The position numbers and the translations under genes are program-made. A DNA stretch of 64,000 bases from Nannocystales bacterium (GTDB lineage: Bacteria > Myxococcota_A > Polyangia > Nannocystales > Nannocystaceae), in assembly GCA_050633305.1 (NCBI GenBank), contig JBOEGF010000020.1:312-64311 (forward strand), given 5' to 3'. The notes under the pieces were generated by a model. That model was not told the DNA's origin and made no database searches. It saw only the letters and a list, made by a program, of their open reading frames with translations. Of the stretch, positions 1 through 9,699 are shown piece by piece; positions within the stretch are counted from its first letter, which is position 1, and every line of letters begins with the position of its first letter.

Positions 1-20
1 GCTTGCTTGCTTGCTTGCTT
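1..20. repeat. (GCTT)5 tetranucleotide microsatellite, possibly truncated by the window edge
   Basis: gcttgcttgcttgcttgctt at the very start of the window. Confidence 0.9.
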
Positions 21-689
21 GAAAGGAGTGACGGGTTGGGTTCTACGGATCACTCCCTTTGTGTGATGCTTCTTCTAGCGCGCGATACCGTGACGACCGG
101 GTCCGGAGGGATCCTGCGAGCCGCCCTTTCGGGGGCCTCCGCATTCAGAAACCGGCTCTGCAACCGCTGTCTCACTTCGAGACACTTCATAAGAGGCGCT
201 GAGAAACCTCGACGGCACACTCGATTTTCAGTGCACATGGACACGATTTTTTGTTTAGTGGCGGTTGAGGACACCAAAGAAAACGGTTCGGCTACACAAT
301 CTCGGCGGCGGGCCGAAAGGAGGGGTGAAAGCAGGCTGGTACGTAGCTCCTGCCAGAGATGTGCGAACGGTCGCGAGCCTCAACGGCATAGGAAACAGAA
401 AACGCTGTAAGCCCTGAACATCACACTGTCCCTGTTCGCATCTGTGGCTGCATTGCTCCCTGGATGTTTCTCGCCCGAAAAAGACGATCCACCCGCGAGC
501 ATGTCGAGCACTGGAGCTTCGCGCACGGGCCCAGCCACGACGCAACCCGCTCTCGAGCCGGGTAGCCACAAGAACAACCTTTTGTACGAGAACGAGTCGC
601 CGTGCGATCCCCCGACCCAGCCACGCCCCTCAAGTTGAACCCGAGACCCGTTAGACAAAGAAACCGACGTAGCCACGAAGAAGCAGACG

Positions 690-1355
690 ATGTCAAACGA
701 CGCAATCACCCTAAGCCTCGACACCCTCAATTTCCACTGGAGAGCCGCTCGTACGATGAAGGCATACCTCATCGGGATCTCAGCCGACAACCTGGGCACG
801 CTCCAAGTCACAGAAGCCCTCACGCCAACACGCGTCAAACACCGCCCGAACTTGGGACGGCCCTTCTCGTGGCCGCTTGGCCATGACGGGTTTGTATTCT
901 ATCAGAGGACGGGCGGCCTGCCCGACATCGTCAAGTACTCGCTCATCGTGGTCAGAGACCGGAGAGCGGCCAGACAAGCCGGCGAGATCTTGAAGAAAAT
1001 CGCGGCGGATGAGGACTTCAAGAAGATCATCCAGAGCGCGGCTACGCTTGCGTCTGGACCTGCTGGGACAGGAGCAACAGTCGCACTCGGGCTGCTCGCG
1101 CCGGTAATGAACATCGTCGGAAAATCGCTGAAAGACGCGAAGGACAAGGTGCTAGATACGATCGATGGAGGGATCCACCTAGGGCCGCAGGCGAAGAGAG
1201 AAACAGAGATCTCCGACACGGTGAGCTCTGCTATCGCGCGTGCAGAACTTGACTTTCACCTCTTCGATGCCGAACAGGACACGGACTCCGCTGCATATAT
1301 CCGTGGGTCGCTCGACTCACTGAGGGCTGGTGGCCTAATGATCGGGTCAGCGTAG
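690..1355 (+). CDS. hypothetical protein (221 aa) with an internal Gly/Ala-rich hydrophobic helix
   Basis: ATG ORF with natural-looking composition; segment ATLASGPAGTGATVALGLLAPVMNIVG; no family recognised. Confidence 0.75.
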   Translation: MSNDAITLSLDTLNFHWRAARTMKAYLIGISADNLGTLQVTEALTPTRVKHRPNLGRPFSWPLGHDGFVFYQRTGGLPDIVKYSLIVVRDRRAARQAGEILKKIAADEDFKKIIQSAATLASGPAGTGATVALGLLAPVMNIVGKSLKDAKDKVLDTIDGGIHLGPQAKRETEISDTVSSAIARAELDFHLFDAEQDTDSAAYIRGSLDSLRAGGLMIGSA

Positions 1356-1485
1356 ACTCCCTGCAGCCCTCGACCGGCTCTGAGTTACCCCGACCTCGGA
1401 ACACCAAGATGACAGCATCGCCGTGCCGCGCTCCAGTTCGACCGTCTACGCGAGGCACGCCGAGCACTTGCCCCACGGGCACGAC

Positions 1486-2418
1486 CTAGAGACCTCCGAG
1501 CACGCCTGTAGACGAAGTCGAGTCCGTGCCAGGAGTGGTTGTCGACCCGTCGACCGCAGAGTCTTCGTCTACCACGCAGAAATCTGCACAATCTGTGTCG
1601 AGACAATCGACGAAACCGTCGCAGTCGTCGTCGCCCCCATTCGAACATGCCGCTGCGTCATTTTCGCACGCGTAGAACACGTCGGCAGACGGCGGATATA
1701 CACAGCCAGTCGGACTAGCCAACAGCAGAGCGCGGGCAACCGGGTACTTCACGGTCACTTCGTCCGAATCCCCGGGAAGTCCAGCACCAAGCACTTGGTC
1801 ATCGCCGTACACATTGCGACACCAAGCCCCCTCAGCCCGATCATTTCCACGTAATCTCGCGAAGGGGAAGTAGACGCCCAACCCGAGGTCTCGAAACGAG
1901 TGCCCGAACTGGCTAGCGCCGATCTGCGACATCTTGGCGGCAAGCACTTCGGACGCAGGGCTGCCCACTCCCAGTGCGACCGAGGTGACGTCCAACCCGT
2001 CCGGCGAACTGTCCTCTCCGGCCGCTGCCCGAACCGACAACTCGGCAGGGACAGCATAGTTTTCACCCCAGGCTGCCTGAAGGCAGGTGTGCGCTTCGGA
2101 ACAACGACTTGGCTCGCGCTCAAGCAGATTGTCCCAGTCGTTGTCGCCCACGCGAACGTCTCCGAGGCAGGTTTGGACGGTTCGGATATCCGACGCGACC
2201 GAGGCTTGACATCGAGCTGCGCAGTTGGCCTCATCCCCTCTATCCTTGCGGTCTTCATGGCCGGCCCAGGCCCCTAACGCTGAGGGGAGCAAGTCACAGG
2301 TTGCGGCCTGTTCGCAAGAGTGCTCGCAGTTGCGGTTAAGCGCTTTCAGTTCTTTGATCCCGCATCCCCCGAGGAAGCACAGCATGGCGAAAGCGGGCAG
2401 TTCCTTGCTAACCATCAC
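1486..2418 (-). CDS. Cys-rich lipoprotein with MopE-like/putative metal-binding repeat
   Basis: Lipobox FLGGC; C-terminal CSNGGDDDCDGFVDCLDTDC motif; start overlaps the upstream stop (2415-2418). Confidence 0.75.
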   Translation of the reverse strand: MMVSKELPAFAMLCFLGGCGIKELKALNRNCEHSCEQAATCDLLPSALGAWAGHEDRKDRGDEANCAARCQASVASDIRTVQTCLGDVRVGDNDWDNLLEREPSRCSEAHTCLQAAWGENYAVPAELSVRAAAGEDSSPDGLDVTSVALGVGSPASEVLAAKMSQIGASQFGHSFRDLGLGVYFPFARLRGNDRAEGAWCRNVYGDDQVLGAGLPGDSDEVTVKYPVARALLLASPTGCVYPPSADVFYACENDAAACSNGGDDDCDGFVDCLDTDCADFCVVDEDSAVDGSTTTPGTDSTSSTGVLGGL

Positions 2419-4925
2419 ATCTCACTTCCTATCGACGGCAGCCAGGCCGCGGCAACCGTTACCCCGTATAAAGCTCCGAAATTGTAGTTCGAGTCGCCTC
2501 GGCGCGACCGCTGTTCGGGGTTGAACGAACGAGCGGCCTGGGCAAGGCCCGTTCCCGTCACTCCGCCTCCGAACGACAACTCAAGCGAGCGTTGCACTCG
2601 CACATACACCATGCCGTTAAGGTAGAGGTCGGCGTCTACGCTTCGTCTTGCGGGGCTAAGCCCTCCGCCTTCCACCCGTGAAACCCACGCAAAGTCCCCG
2701 AGCAGACCGGATTGGAACCCCAGCTCGACCATTCGCTGCCCTCGCTGAATCCGACGCTCCCGCTTCGCGTCCGCCTCCCTCTTTTCGTGCCTTTCCTTCC
2801 CACGCCGGGTCCACCGCCTCGTACGCGGCAAGGAGCGTCGAACAAGCCGACGACGGAAACGAATATGCGGGCCCACTTGCAGAGCCCGCCGAACGTATTC
2901 TGAGGACGCGATTCCGTCGGAGAAGTCTCCCGCGTTCGGCCAGGTGGGTTCGCTAAGAAGCAGAACCTGTGTCCGCATGTAACCGGCGCTGAGACCGTAT
3001 CCCCACTCAGAAACACGCTTCCGCATGGGCGTCCAAGTTCCCTGGATGAGAATCCGCTGATATTCTGAAAGGTGGGGGCGCCGTCTATGTCTCCGCCCAT
3101 ACATGCTTCCACCAAAACTTCCCTCGACTGCGAACTGTAGGAGCGGAAGTTCCCGATGGACGCAGACCGCATCCACAACATCCATCGGGCCATCTTGGCC
3201 AGTGTTGTTAGGAATCCGAACCACCAGAATCTCGGTCCAGGGCACTGGCGCATGGAACTGCTCCGGGCCAGGGATCACAGTAGCACTCTCTAGCGATATC
3301 CTCACCCCGGCGGAACGCCCGCCGCCCCTGTGGCGAATCGCATCGCGAATCTCGCTTAAACTACCGCGCGCACGAGCGTCCTTCAGCAGCGAGCAAGTCG
3401 GGGCAGTGTCTCCAGGCACGGAAAGATAGCTCGCGTATGCAACGACAGGATCCTCGAGATCTCGTTTCAGTCCACGGTACTCGCGTCCGCCAAGCCGAGG
3501 GCTGTCACGATGGCTGGAACGGAGCCCCGTCTGGCCCACGATGACAGAGTCCTTGCCTAAAAGCTGTGCGACCCCCGCGCCAACAGCGAGCCCTGCGTCA
3601 ATTCCGATGCGTCCCTCGGTCCGGGCCTGCAGCATTCTAACTTCCTGGCGGCCTTCCCCTCGGGTCGTGGGCTGGAAGACCAGGGCGTCGACATCGATCT
3701 CGCTGCTGATTAGTGTCGCTCGGGCACCATCGCACGAGGCTTTCACGACATAGACCTTGTCCACGCCCCGTGCTTGCAACTGGGAGGTAGCGTTTTCCAG
3801 CGCGCCCGAGGACTGGTTCCGCCACGAGCCGTCTCCGAGTTGGTCGAGTCGGCCGAGCAACTTGCCGTAGTCGCTGACTAGGTCTGCCCAGTCAGCGAGC
3901 GGGACGAGTGTCGCGTTTTCCACATCGTCGATCCTTCCGCGCGCCGCCGCATCGACCACGCTTCTGCTGAGGCCTGCTTCTTCGCACGCAGACTCAACCT
4001 CGGTGAGGAGCAGGATGTTGGAGCGAGACGGGGTCGGCATCAGAATCTGCGAGCAACTTCCGCGCGATTCGCTCACCTTCGGGAATTGAACTGTTCTCCT
4101 GACGATATGTCGGGGCTCCCCGGGCGCGCTCATCAACACGAGCACGGCCTCGGCGGTCTCGCCGGCTTTTCCCCACGCGACGCCAGCCTCCGCCCGCCGC
4201 CCGTCGACAAACAACCGTGCATCGTAGCCATCTGCCTGGCGTGTGCGGAGAAAGACGCAGGCGTCGGCAGTCGCGAGTCTCGGCAACAGAAGGTAGTGCG
4301 GAGCCGGCACCGCCACGCCTTCTGTGTGAAATTGCGTGCCCGCGACGGACTCGGCGACAACGGTGTACTGCGCACCGAGCGGGAGCCAGACCGTCGCCGC
4401 CTCGAACGTCTCGGCCGCCCCGTCGTCGCCCTTCGGCGGCGCGATGGGGATTCGTTCAACCTCCCCAGACTTCGTAATGTAGACGACCTCGACCGCCTCG
4501 CCGGGGGAACGCTCCGGTCGAAACAACAACGTTAGCGAAAACTTGTCGTCTACCGTCGCGACAGATCCGGCCATAAGGCCGATTTTCTCGAACCCGCGCT
4601 CGGCCTTTGCGGTGTTGACACAGACCTCACAGTTGTCGAATGTCGTCCTTTTGACCTTGGAGGGGAGTTTGCTCGCTGCGAGAAACGACCTCGCCGCCGC
4701 AGCGAACCGGCCACCCCGTCGAACGAGGTCCTGGACAGCGAGGGGCGCAGCCTCACCGGCGCCTATCGGCTTCTTACAGGCGCCGAGGAGGACTTCACGG
4801 TCTTTCTTCAGAAACGGAAGCAGTGCCCAGGCTGTGCTGGTACAGGCCTCGGGCCCCTCGGGAGGCTGCTCCGAGTATCCCACCGGCGCGACGTACAACA
4901 GGAGGGCAGCGAGAAAGGCTAACAC
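2415..4925 (-). CDS. large secreted/outer-membrane hypothetical protein, possible C-terminal beta-barrel
   Basis: ORF 2415..4979; likely GTG start at 4925 overlapping the upstream stop; hydrophobic N-terminus; C-terminal alternating aromatic/Gly beta strands (YGLSAGY, LELSFGGGV, YNFGALYGV). Confidence 0.7.
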   Translation of the reverse strand: MLAFLAALLLYVAPVGYSEQPPEGPEACTSTAWALLPFLKKDREVLLGACKKPIGAGEAAPLAVQDLVRRGGRFAAAARSFLAASKLPSKVKRTTFDNCEVCVNTAKAERGFEKIGLMAGSVATVDDKFSLTLLFRPERSPGEAVEVVYITKSGEVERIPIAPPKGDDGAAETFEAATVWLPLGAQYTVVAESVAGTQFHTEGVAVPAPHYLLLPRLATADACVFLRTRQADGYDARLFVDGRRAEAGVAWGKAGETAEAVLVLMSAPGEPRHIVRRTVQFPKVSESRGSCSQILMPTPSRSNILLLTEVESACEEAGLSRSVVDAAARGRIDDVENATLVPLADWADLVSDYGKLLGRLDQLGDGSWRNQSSGALENATSQLQARGVDKVYVVKASCDGARATLISSEIDVDALVFQPTTRGEGRQEVRMLQARTEGRIGIDAGLAVGAGVAQLLGKDSVIVGQTGLRSSHRDSPRLGGREYRGLKRDLEDPVVAYASYLSVPGDTAPTCSLLKDARARGSLSEIRDAIRHRGGGRSAGVRISLESATVIPGPEQFHAPVPWTEILVVRIPNNTGQDGPMDVVDAVCVHRELPLLQFAVEGSFGGSMYGRRHRRRPHLSEYQRILIQGTWTPMRKRVSEWGYGLSAGYMRTQVLLLSEPTWPNAGDFSDGIASSEYVRRALQVGPHIRFRRRLVRRSLPRTRRWTRRGKERHEKREADAKRERRIQRGQRMVELGFQSGLLGDFAWVSRVEGGGLSPARRSVDADLYLNGMVYVRVQRSLELSFGGGVTGTGLAQAARSFNPEQRSRRGDSNYNFGALYGVTVAAAWLPSIGSEM

Positions 4926-6088
4926 TGGAAGAAGCAGTCCTTGAAGGATGCGCTCTTCTTCGCCCCGAGGGCGGCGCAATGCGTCTCTCCGCTCGCCCCC
5001 CTCTTCCCTTCAGAATCGAAAGTCAACAGGCAGCGCGCGGTCCCAGCGCCACAGGGGTTCCCTGTGCATTCTGACGGTTTGGGGGGCGGAACAGTTTTTT
5101 TCTTGGTAACGACCGCAGCCTTGATTGCTTCGATCTGAAGATGAAAAACGTATTGGGCTGGAGGCTCAGACTTCGCATACGACCAAGTGGTGATCTTGTG
5201 CGTTTCACTCGTGAGTTCGAAGGCTGGCGTATCGGCGCCAGAGAAAGGTCGAACAGTGACGATCTCGCACTGCGACTTCTCTTTCAGCGCGCAGTCGTAG
5301 TGGGTATCGTTCAATGTCATCCTCGCAAGACCAGTGAGAGAAACACTCTCGGCGCCAGTCTTGAACTGAAGGAGAAACGTCGATTTCTGATCCTCTGGCG
5401 GCAACGGTCCGTCCGATTCTGCTGGATAGGGGGTCTCTGGTTGGTCTTCGGACCCCGTAGATTTCCTCCGAAGCTCGACCGTCACTTGGTGGTCTTCGAG
5501 TCCGTACTTGGGGGCCGCCGCTGTATACTCTTCGAGTTCCACCGACACGCGAATATCTCCGTCGACGACACCGTTAGGGATACCGCCGATGCGACAGCTC
5601 TGCTTCGCGGATAGTGTATCACAAGCGAATTCTTCACTACCGTAGAGGATTGAGGCCTTCCCCGTGACGTTGACAGGGTTCGCCTCCTCGTCAACGAACA
5701 AGAGGCGAAGGCTCGAAGTTGGTGTGACAACCGGCGGCTGCCATCCCCAGTACACTATCAGGAAGACAGCGAACCCACCCACAGCCGTCACACGGTAGCC
5801 GGTGCGGAGTCCCTTAGATTGTACGGTCATTCCTCCAGCGAATGCGCCCGCGCCGAACCCGGCAGCCAGTGAAAAGCTGACCCGCAGGATCTGATATTGC
5901 GACGCGTTCGGGTCAATGTCGTCCTTGAAGACCCAGTAGGCGAGGCCTGCCGCGAGCAGAAGCAACACCAGACCCACTACATAGAAGCGGGAGGATATAC
6001 CGTCCGCTACGGGCTCCGGACCAGGTGCGACAGGGGCCCCTTTGGAGGAGGTCGGAGGCGACACGCCTAGGACTCTAGCCGATTTCAT
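4919..6088 (-). CDS. membrane protein: 3 TM helices plus two tandem Cys-containing beta-sandwich-like domains
   Basis: TM segments FYVVGLVLLLLAAGLAYWVF, SFSLAAGFGAGAFAG, AVGGFAVFLIVYWGW; start uncertain (ORF open to 6364, ATG at 6088 chosen). Confidence 0.7.
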   Translation of the reverse strand: MKSARVLGVSPPTSSKGAPVAPGPEPVADGISSRFYVVGLVLLLLAAGLAYWVFKDDIDPNASQYQILRVSFSLAAGFGAGAFAGGMTVQSKGLRTGYRVTAVGGFAVFLIVYWGWQPPVVTPTSSLRLLFVDEEANPVNVTGKASILYGSEEFACDTLSAKQSCRIGGIPNGVVDGDIRVSVELEEYTAAAPKYGLEDHQVTVELRRKSTGSEDQPETPYPAESDGPLPPEDQKSTFLLQFKTGAESVSLTGLARMTLNDTHYDCALKEKSQCEIVTVRPFSGADTPAFELTSETHKITTWSYAKSEPPAQYVFHLQIEAIKAAVVTKKKTVPPPKPSECTGNPCGAGTARCLLTFDSEGKRGASGETHCAALGAKKSASFKDCFFQC

Positions 6089-6562
6089 CAAGGGCCATGC
6101 AGTATTCCGAGGTGCGCTCGGAGCCAGGTCCAGGTACACCAAGAGTCGAACAGGCCCGACGCCTTCGACCGGCACCCACATCCGGGCGACGGCTGGGCAT
6201 GGCGGCCGCTGGTAGGAAGCCTGCATCGGTCGCAGGATCTCAACCCAGGACGAGTCCTCCTGACTGACTAGGGCACATGGCAGGTAACCTTCTTGCGGAC
6301 CTGAACGTCCGCAGGACCGGCTGCGGGACAGGTCAGGATCGCGCGGCTCCGCTCGCCACCTCAAGCACCCATGGCGTCGTGCACGGGGACTCGCCAGCGC
6401 GTTTCTCGAAAGTCGAACGCCACCTTGTCGGGGGGAAAGGACAGGTCAGTGGCAAGCCGGCTGGCCCGATGAGGTCGAGACGTGTAGTCGAGCGGTGGTC
6501 GTTGAGCTGAGGGCTGAGCTCTGCCTCGGCTGTGTACGGCCGTAACTCCGACGCCGGACACG

Positions 6563-8776
6563 CTAGACGGCACCCACCAACACCCCCTCCGCGACCGCCT
6601 CTTCGAGCAGCGCCGGCACAGCTCCCTCCCCTTCCGTGGCCACAAGCCGGAGTGCAACTTCGGCTCTCGAGACGGACAAATACAGGTCGGTGACAGCTGC
6701 TCTCTTCGCACTTGTCCCACGACCGTGCGAGGCTTCCAACCCACCGAATACGAGGACAGCCACGTGAGAGAACTGCAGACCAGCAAAGTCCGCCCCCACC
6801 CCTACCACAATGGCTCGCTTCCTGTAGTTCAACTGGCTAATATCATCTCTTGAATCGAGTACGGTGAACCCATTTTCCCCGGTCTTTTCGAGTTCGTCCA
6901 CGATCGCCTCAAGCTCCTGCACGCCCGCGCCGATCAGCGCAACGCGCTGGTCCCCGGCAGTTTCTCCTTGCAAACGTTTCGCCTCCCGTACAGCAATGAT
7001 TGTCGCCTCGATTTTAGATTGTCTCATGTACAATCCAGGCGGACTCCCGGCTTCGGATTTGGTCGAGACCAGTTCCGTGAGCGAAAACGTCCAATCGTCC
7101 CCCTCGTCCAGAATGGCGGGATGCCACTTCTGTATGCTCTGAACCAGCCGAAGGATCCCTGGAGAGAAACGATGTGCGCCCTGAAGATCCACGGATTCCA
7201 CGTCACCGTCGTCTCGATTCGCTTGTCGTGAGACAGGTGAATCTGACAGTCCAGTAAGGAGCACGAAAGGCGACTGCCTCGGATCCAGAGCTAGGACCAT
7301 TCGAGGGGGTACGCTCGCATCTCGGGCCAGAAGGTGAAGCAAATATCGTTCAGAATCTGAAAACAGATGAAACTCATCCACAACGATCAGATCAAAGCCC
7401 TCGTTCAATCTACGAATATTCCAAGCATAGCTTTCAAGGTACCTCCTAAAGTCGTCGAAAGCCTGATCTGCGGTCATCTGGCCCTCTTCGACCAACCGCG
7501 CAACAAAGCGTTGGAAGATCGCGTAGAAAACGCGCTTGTCCCCGTCCGTTTCGAGCGTCACCATCCAATCGCTACGATTGATGGCCAGATAGGTATCCAA
7601 CGCGGTACGCGAGGGCTTGATCTGAAAAGCATCCATCACCTCTGCGAATTCTCGGATCAGCATCCAGCAGAGAGCACGGCGCCCCTCCGAGTCACGTTCT
7701 TCCACGCTCGACGCAACAAACTCGCTCACGGCGTGCCGGTCTCGGTATGTGGGCCAATCGGTGACCGAGAAGGAGTCAACGATCGCAGAGACGAGGATTA
7801 GCTGTTGGCGTTTCCCCTCGAGTCCATCATCGCCGAGCACTTCTACGCCGGAAGGTAGACTGCCGTAGAGGTGTTCTCGAAGGCCTGAAAGCGGCAGCAC
7901 CGAGATCTGTGATGCGATGCCGCGGTCGTCGATGATCCTGAGGGAGTGGTCTACCAAGTCCGCCAGCGCCCAACTATGAGTAAGATAAAGGACGCGGTCT
8001 TCCCGTCCCTGATCCGCCGCGTCATACATTTCCTTCAAAGCCTTCAGCTGCAAAATTAGCGTCTTCCCCGAACCTGCAATGCCACGCACCTTGAGAGAAT
8101 GGCTCCCGGCGAATTCCATGATCTGCTTCTGACGCCTGTCCAGGTGCTTGAGCCATTGCGTAAACGGAAGGTCACGCGCAATCGCCGATGCCCCGACGAC
8201 CTCAAGGTCCACCTTGTCGTGCAGTTCTTGAGAGACGTCGAGGTCCCCGAACGAAGCGCCCCTCACCGCTTCCCGCCATGTCTCCCGGACGTTCGACACC
8301 CTGGCGAGGTTCGGAACGTACGTGTTGAGGTCGATCTCGCGTATGGTTCCCGTCAGTGCCCAGAAGGCTATGATGTTTCCATCTAGCTTGGAGGCGGCCC
8401 ATCTAAGCGACTCATCGTTGAGAGCACGCGGAAGTGCAAAGAAGGTGACATGGTTTGCGACTTGGTATTTACGCCAGGACAGAGGAAGCGAGAGGGGAGG
8501 CGCACCTAGTTCCCTCGCCACCCGGTGGATGCGCTGCAGAAGGCGTTCAAGCTTTGATGGCCGCGTCGCGAAGCGAGACAAAGCATTTTCATCGACACAG
8601 ACAAGCGTCGCATCATCGGCGTCGCCTGCGTGCACAAAGCAAGAGACTCCGCCTACAGTAACGGACTCGCAGAGGAGGCCGACTCTACTCGCCTCGCCAA
8701 CAGTCGAATCGCCCCCTGCCCGCAAGTGATCCACATAGTCGAATATCGCGGGAATGGAGAAAACTACCAGACTCAT
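6563..8776 (-). CDS. superfamily-1 (UvrD/Rep-like) helicase with uncharacterised ~200-aa N-terminal domain
   Basis: Walker A GIAGSGKT, motif Ia YLTHS, Walker B IVVDEFH, motif III LDPRQ, IV AHRF, V AGLQF, VI YLSVSRA. Confidence 0.9.
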   Translation of the reverse strand: MSLVVFSIPAIFDYVDHLRAGGDSTVGEASRVGLLCESVTVGGVSCFVHAGDADDATLVCVDENALSRFATRPSKLERLLQRIHRVARELGAPPLSLPLSWRKYQVANHVTFFALPRALNDESLRWAASKLDGNIIAFWALTGTIREIDLNTYVPNLARVSNVRETWREAVRGASFGDLDVSQELHDKVDLEVVGASAIARDLPFTQWLKHLDRRQKQIMEFAGSHSLKVRGIAGSGKTLILQLKALKEMYDAADQGREDRVLYLTHSWALADLVDHSLRIIDDRGIASQISVLPLSGLREHLYGSLPSGVEVLGDDGLEGKRQQLILVSAIVDSFSVTDWPTYRDRHAVSEFVASSVEERDSEGRRALCWMLIREFAEVMDAFQIKPSRTALDTYLAINRSDWMVTLETDGDKRVFYAIFQRFVARLVEEGQMTADQAFDDFRRYLESYAWNIRRLNEGFDLIVVDEFHLFSDSERYLLHLLARDASVPPRMVLALDPRQSPFVLLTGLSDSPVSRQANRDDGDVESVDLQGAHRFSPGILRLVQSIQKWHPAILDEGDDWTFSLTELVSTKSEAGSPPGLYMRQSKIEATIIAVREAKRLQGETAGDQRVALIGAGVQELEAIVDELEKTGENGFTVLDSRDDISQLNYRKRAIVVGVGADFAGLQFSHVAVLVFGGLEASHGRGTSAKRAAVTDLYLSVSRAEVALRLVATEGEGAVPALLEEAVAEGVLVGAV

Positions 8777-9699
8777 TCATCTCTCTCTTTCGTCATGGTC
8801 TCCGCCCATTCGTCGAACGTCAAGTCCGACAAGGCCGCCCGATGCTCTTCGTACAGGCCAGGCAAACCAATCGAAGTAAAAACCGCCGCCATCTGCTGGG
8901 TTAGCCGGTGCAGGTATGTAGGACGCAAACAACCGACCCGTCGAGCTCTGACGCCAGGGCGCCGACGTTCCTCAACGGGAGAGGTAGCGATCTGGTCAAG
9001 CCGTACCTCGCGGATGATCCGGAGGTAGGCGATGTAGCCGTCTTCCAGATGCCTCGCGGGTGCGGCAAGGAACAATGCGTCTCCGGGTAAGCTTTTCAGC
9101 AGTCGAGATCGCAGCTCTTTTCTAACCAGGGTCTCAGCCGACGGATTCTTCGCCTGACTCAGGTTCAGAAGAAGCTTACCGAAGGTTGACAGGATCGTGG
9201 GCCACGACGAGCTTGCTTCGAGTGCGGTTTCGCAAAGCACGCAAGATTCCGCGATTAGAAGCAGCCTCTGAAGGGCGCCTGTTTGCGCGTCACGTGGAAG
9301 GTACTTGGATAGCCCTGACGGGGTTTCCCCTTCGCGGAGGAGTTCATACAGGCGATCGACAGTCGTCCATCCCTCCGTGGCGGGCACCGTCTTGCGGAGC
9401 TCCGCGTCGGTCCGGCGCGCGGAGTCTTCTACAACCCGAGGGATCGTCACATTCGCAGCGTATTCGCGCAGCGGGACCACCGGAACACAGGAGAGAATCC
9501 CACCATGCTTCTCATGTGCGAGGTCACAGTTTGCTGTGACAATCACGGCGAGATGAGAAGTCCACACCTCTGCGCCAACGACGGCGTCGCTCCCGTCGAT
9601 ATACTGCAAGACGTCTCCCTGCCGAAACTCCCCATGGAAGCCCGAGAAGCCCGCGTCATGTTCCCCGCAGAAGGCAGACTCAGGTTTGCCTTGCATCAT
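8773..9699 (-). CDS. hypothetical protein of the 'RQGD...TANCDL...SIGLP' type (possible PemK/MazF-like fold)
   Basis: FRQGDV, IVTANCDLA and C-terminal LRPTYLHRLTQQMAAVFTSIGLP; stop overlaps the helicase ATG (ATGA); ATG at 9699 (ORF open to 9753). Confidence 0.8.
   Translation of the reverse strand: MMQGKPESAFCGEHDAGFSGFHGEFRQGDVLQYIDGSDAVVGAEVWTSHLAVIVTANCDLAHEKHGGILSCVPVVPLREYAANVTIPRVVEDSARRTDAELRKTVPATEGWTTVDRLYELLREGETPSGLSKYLPRDAQTGALQRLLLIAESCVLCETALEASSSWPTILSTFGKLLLNLSQAKNPSAETLVRKELRSRLLKSLPGDALFLAAPARHLEDGYIAYLRIIREVRLDQIATSPVEERRRPGVRARRVGCLRPTYLHRLTQQMAAVFTSIGLPGLYEEHRAALSDLTFDEWAETMTKERDE

Noticed and set aside
85..145. c-di-GMP-I riboswitch on the minus strand (CCC-GAAA-GGG...CGCAGG)
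   Set aside because: Lacks the conserved GGCAAA and CGCAAA elements; only the tetraloop matches
636..638. Selenocysteine at the in-frame TGA before the 221-aa gene
   Set aside because: Lies in a low-complexity linker, with no redox motif and no obvious SECIS hairpin
6089..6562. IS or integrase remnant between the helicase and the membrane-protein gene
   Set aside because: No transposase or recombinase motifs and no terminal inverted repeats recognised
6563..9699. Calling the helicase pair Gabija
   Set aside because: The partner has no ABC-ATPase or TOPRIM motifs of GajA
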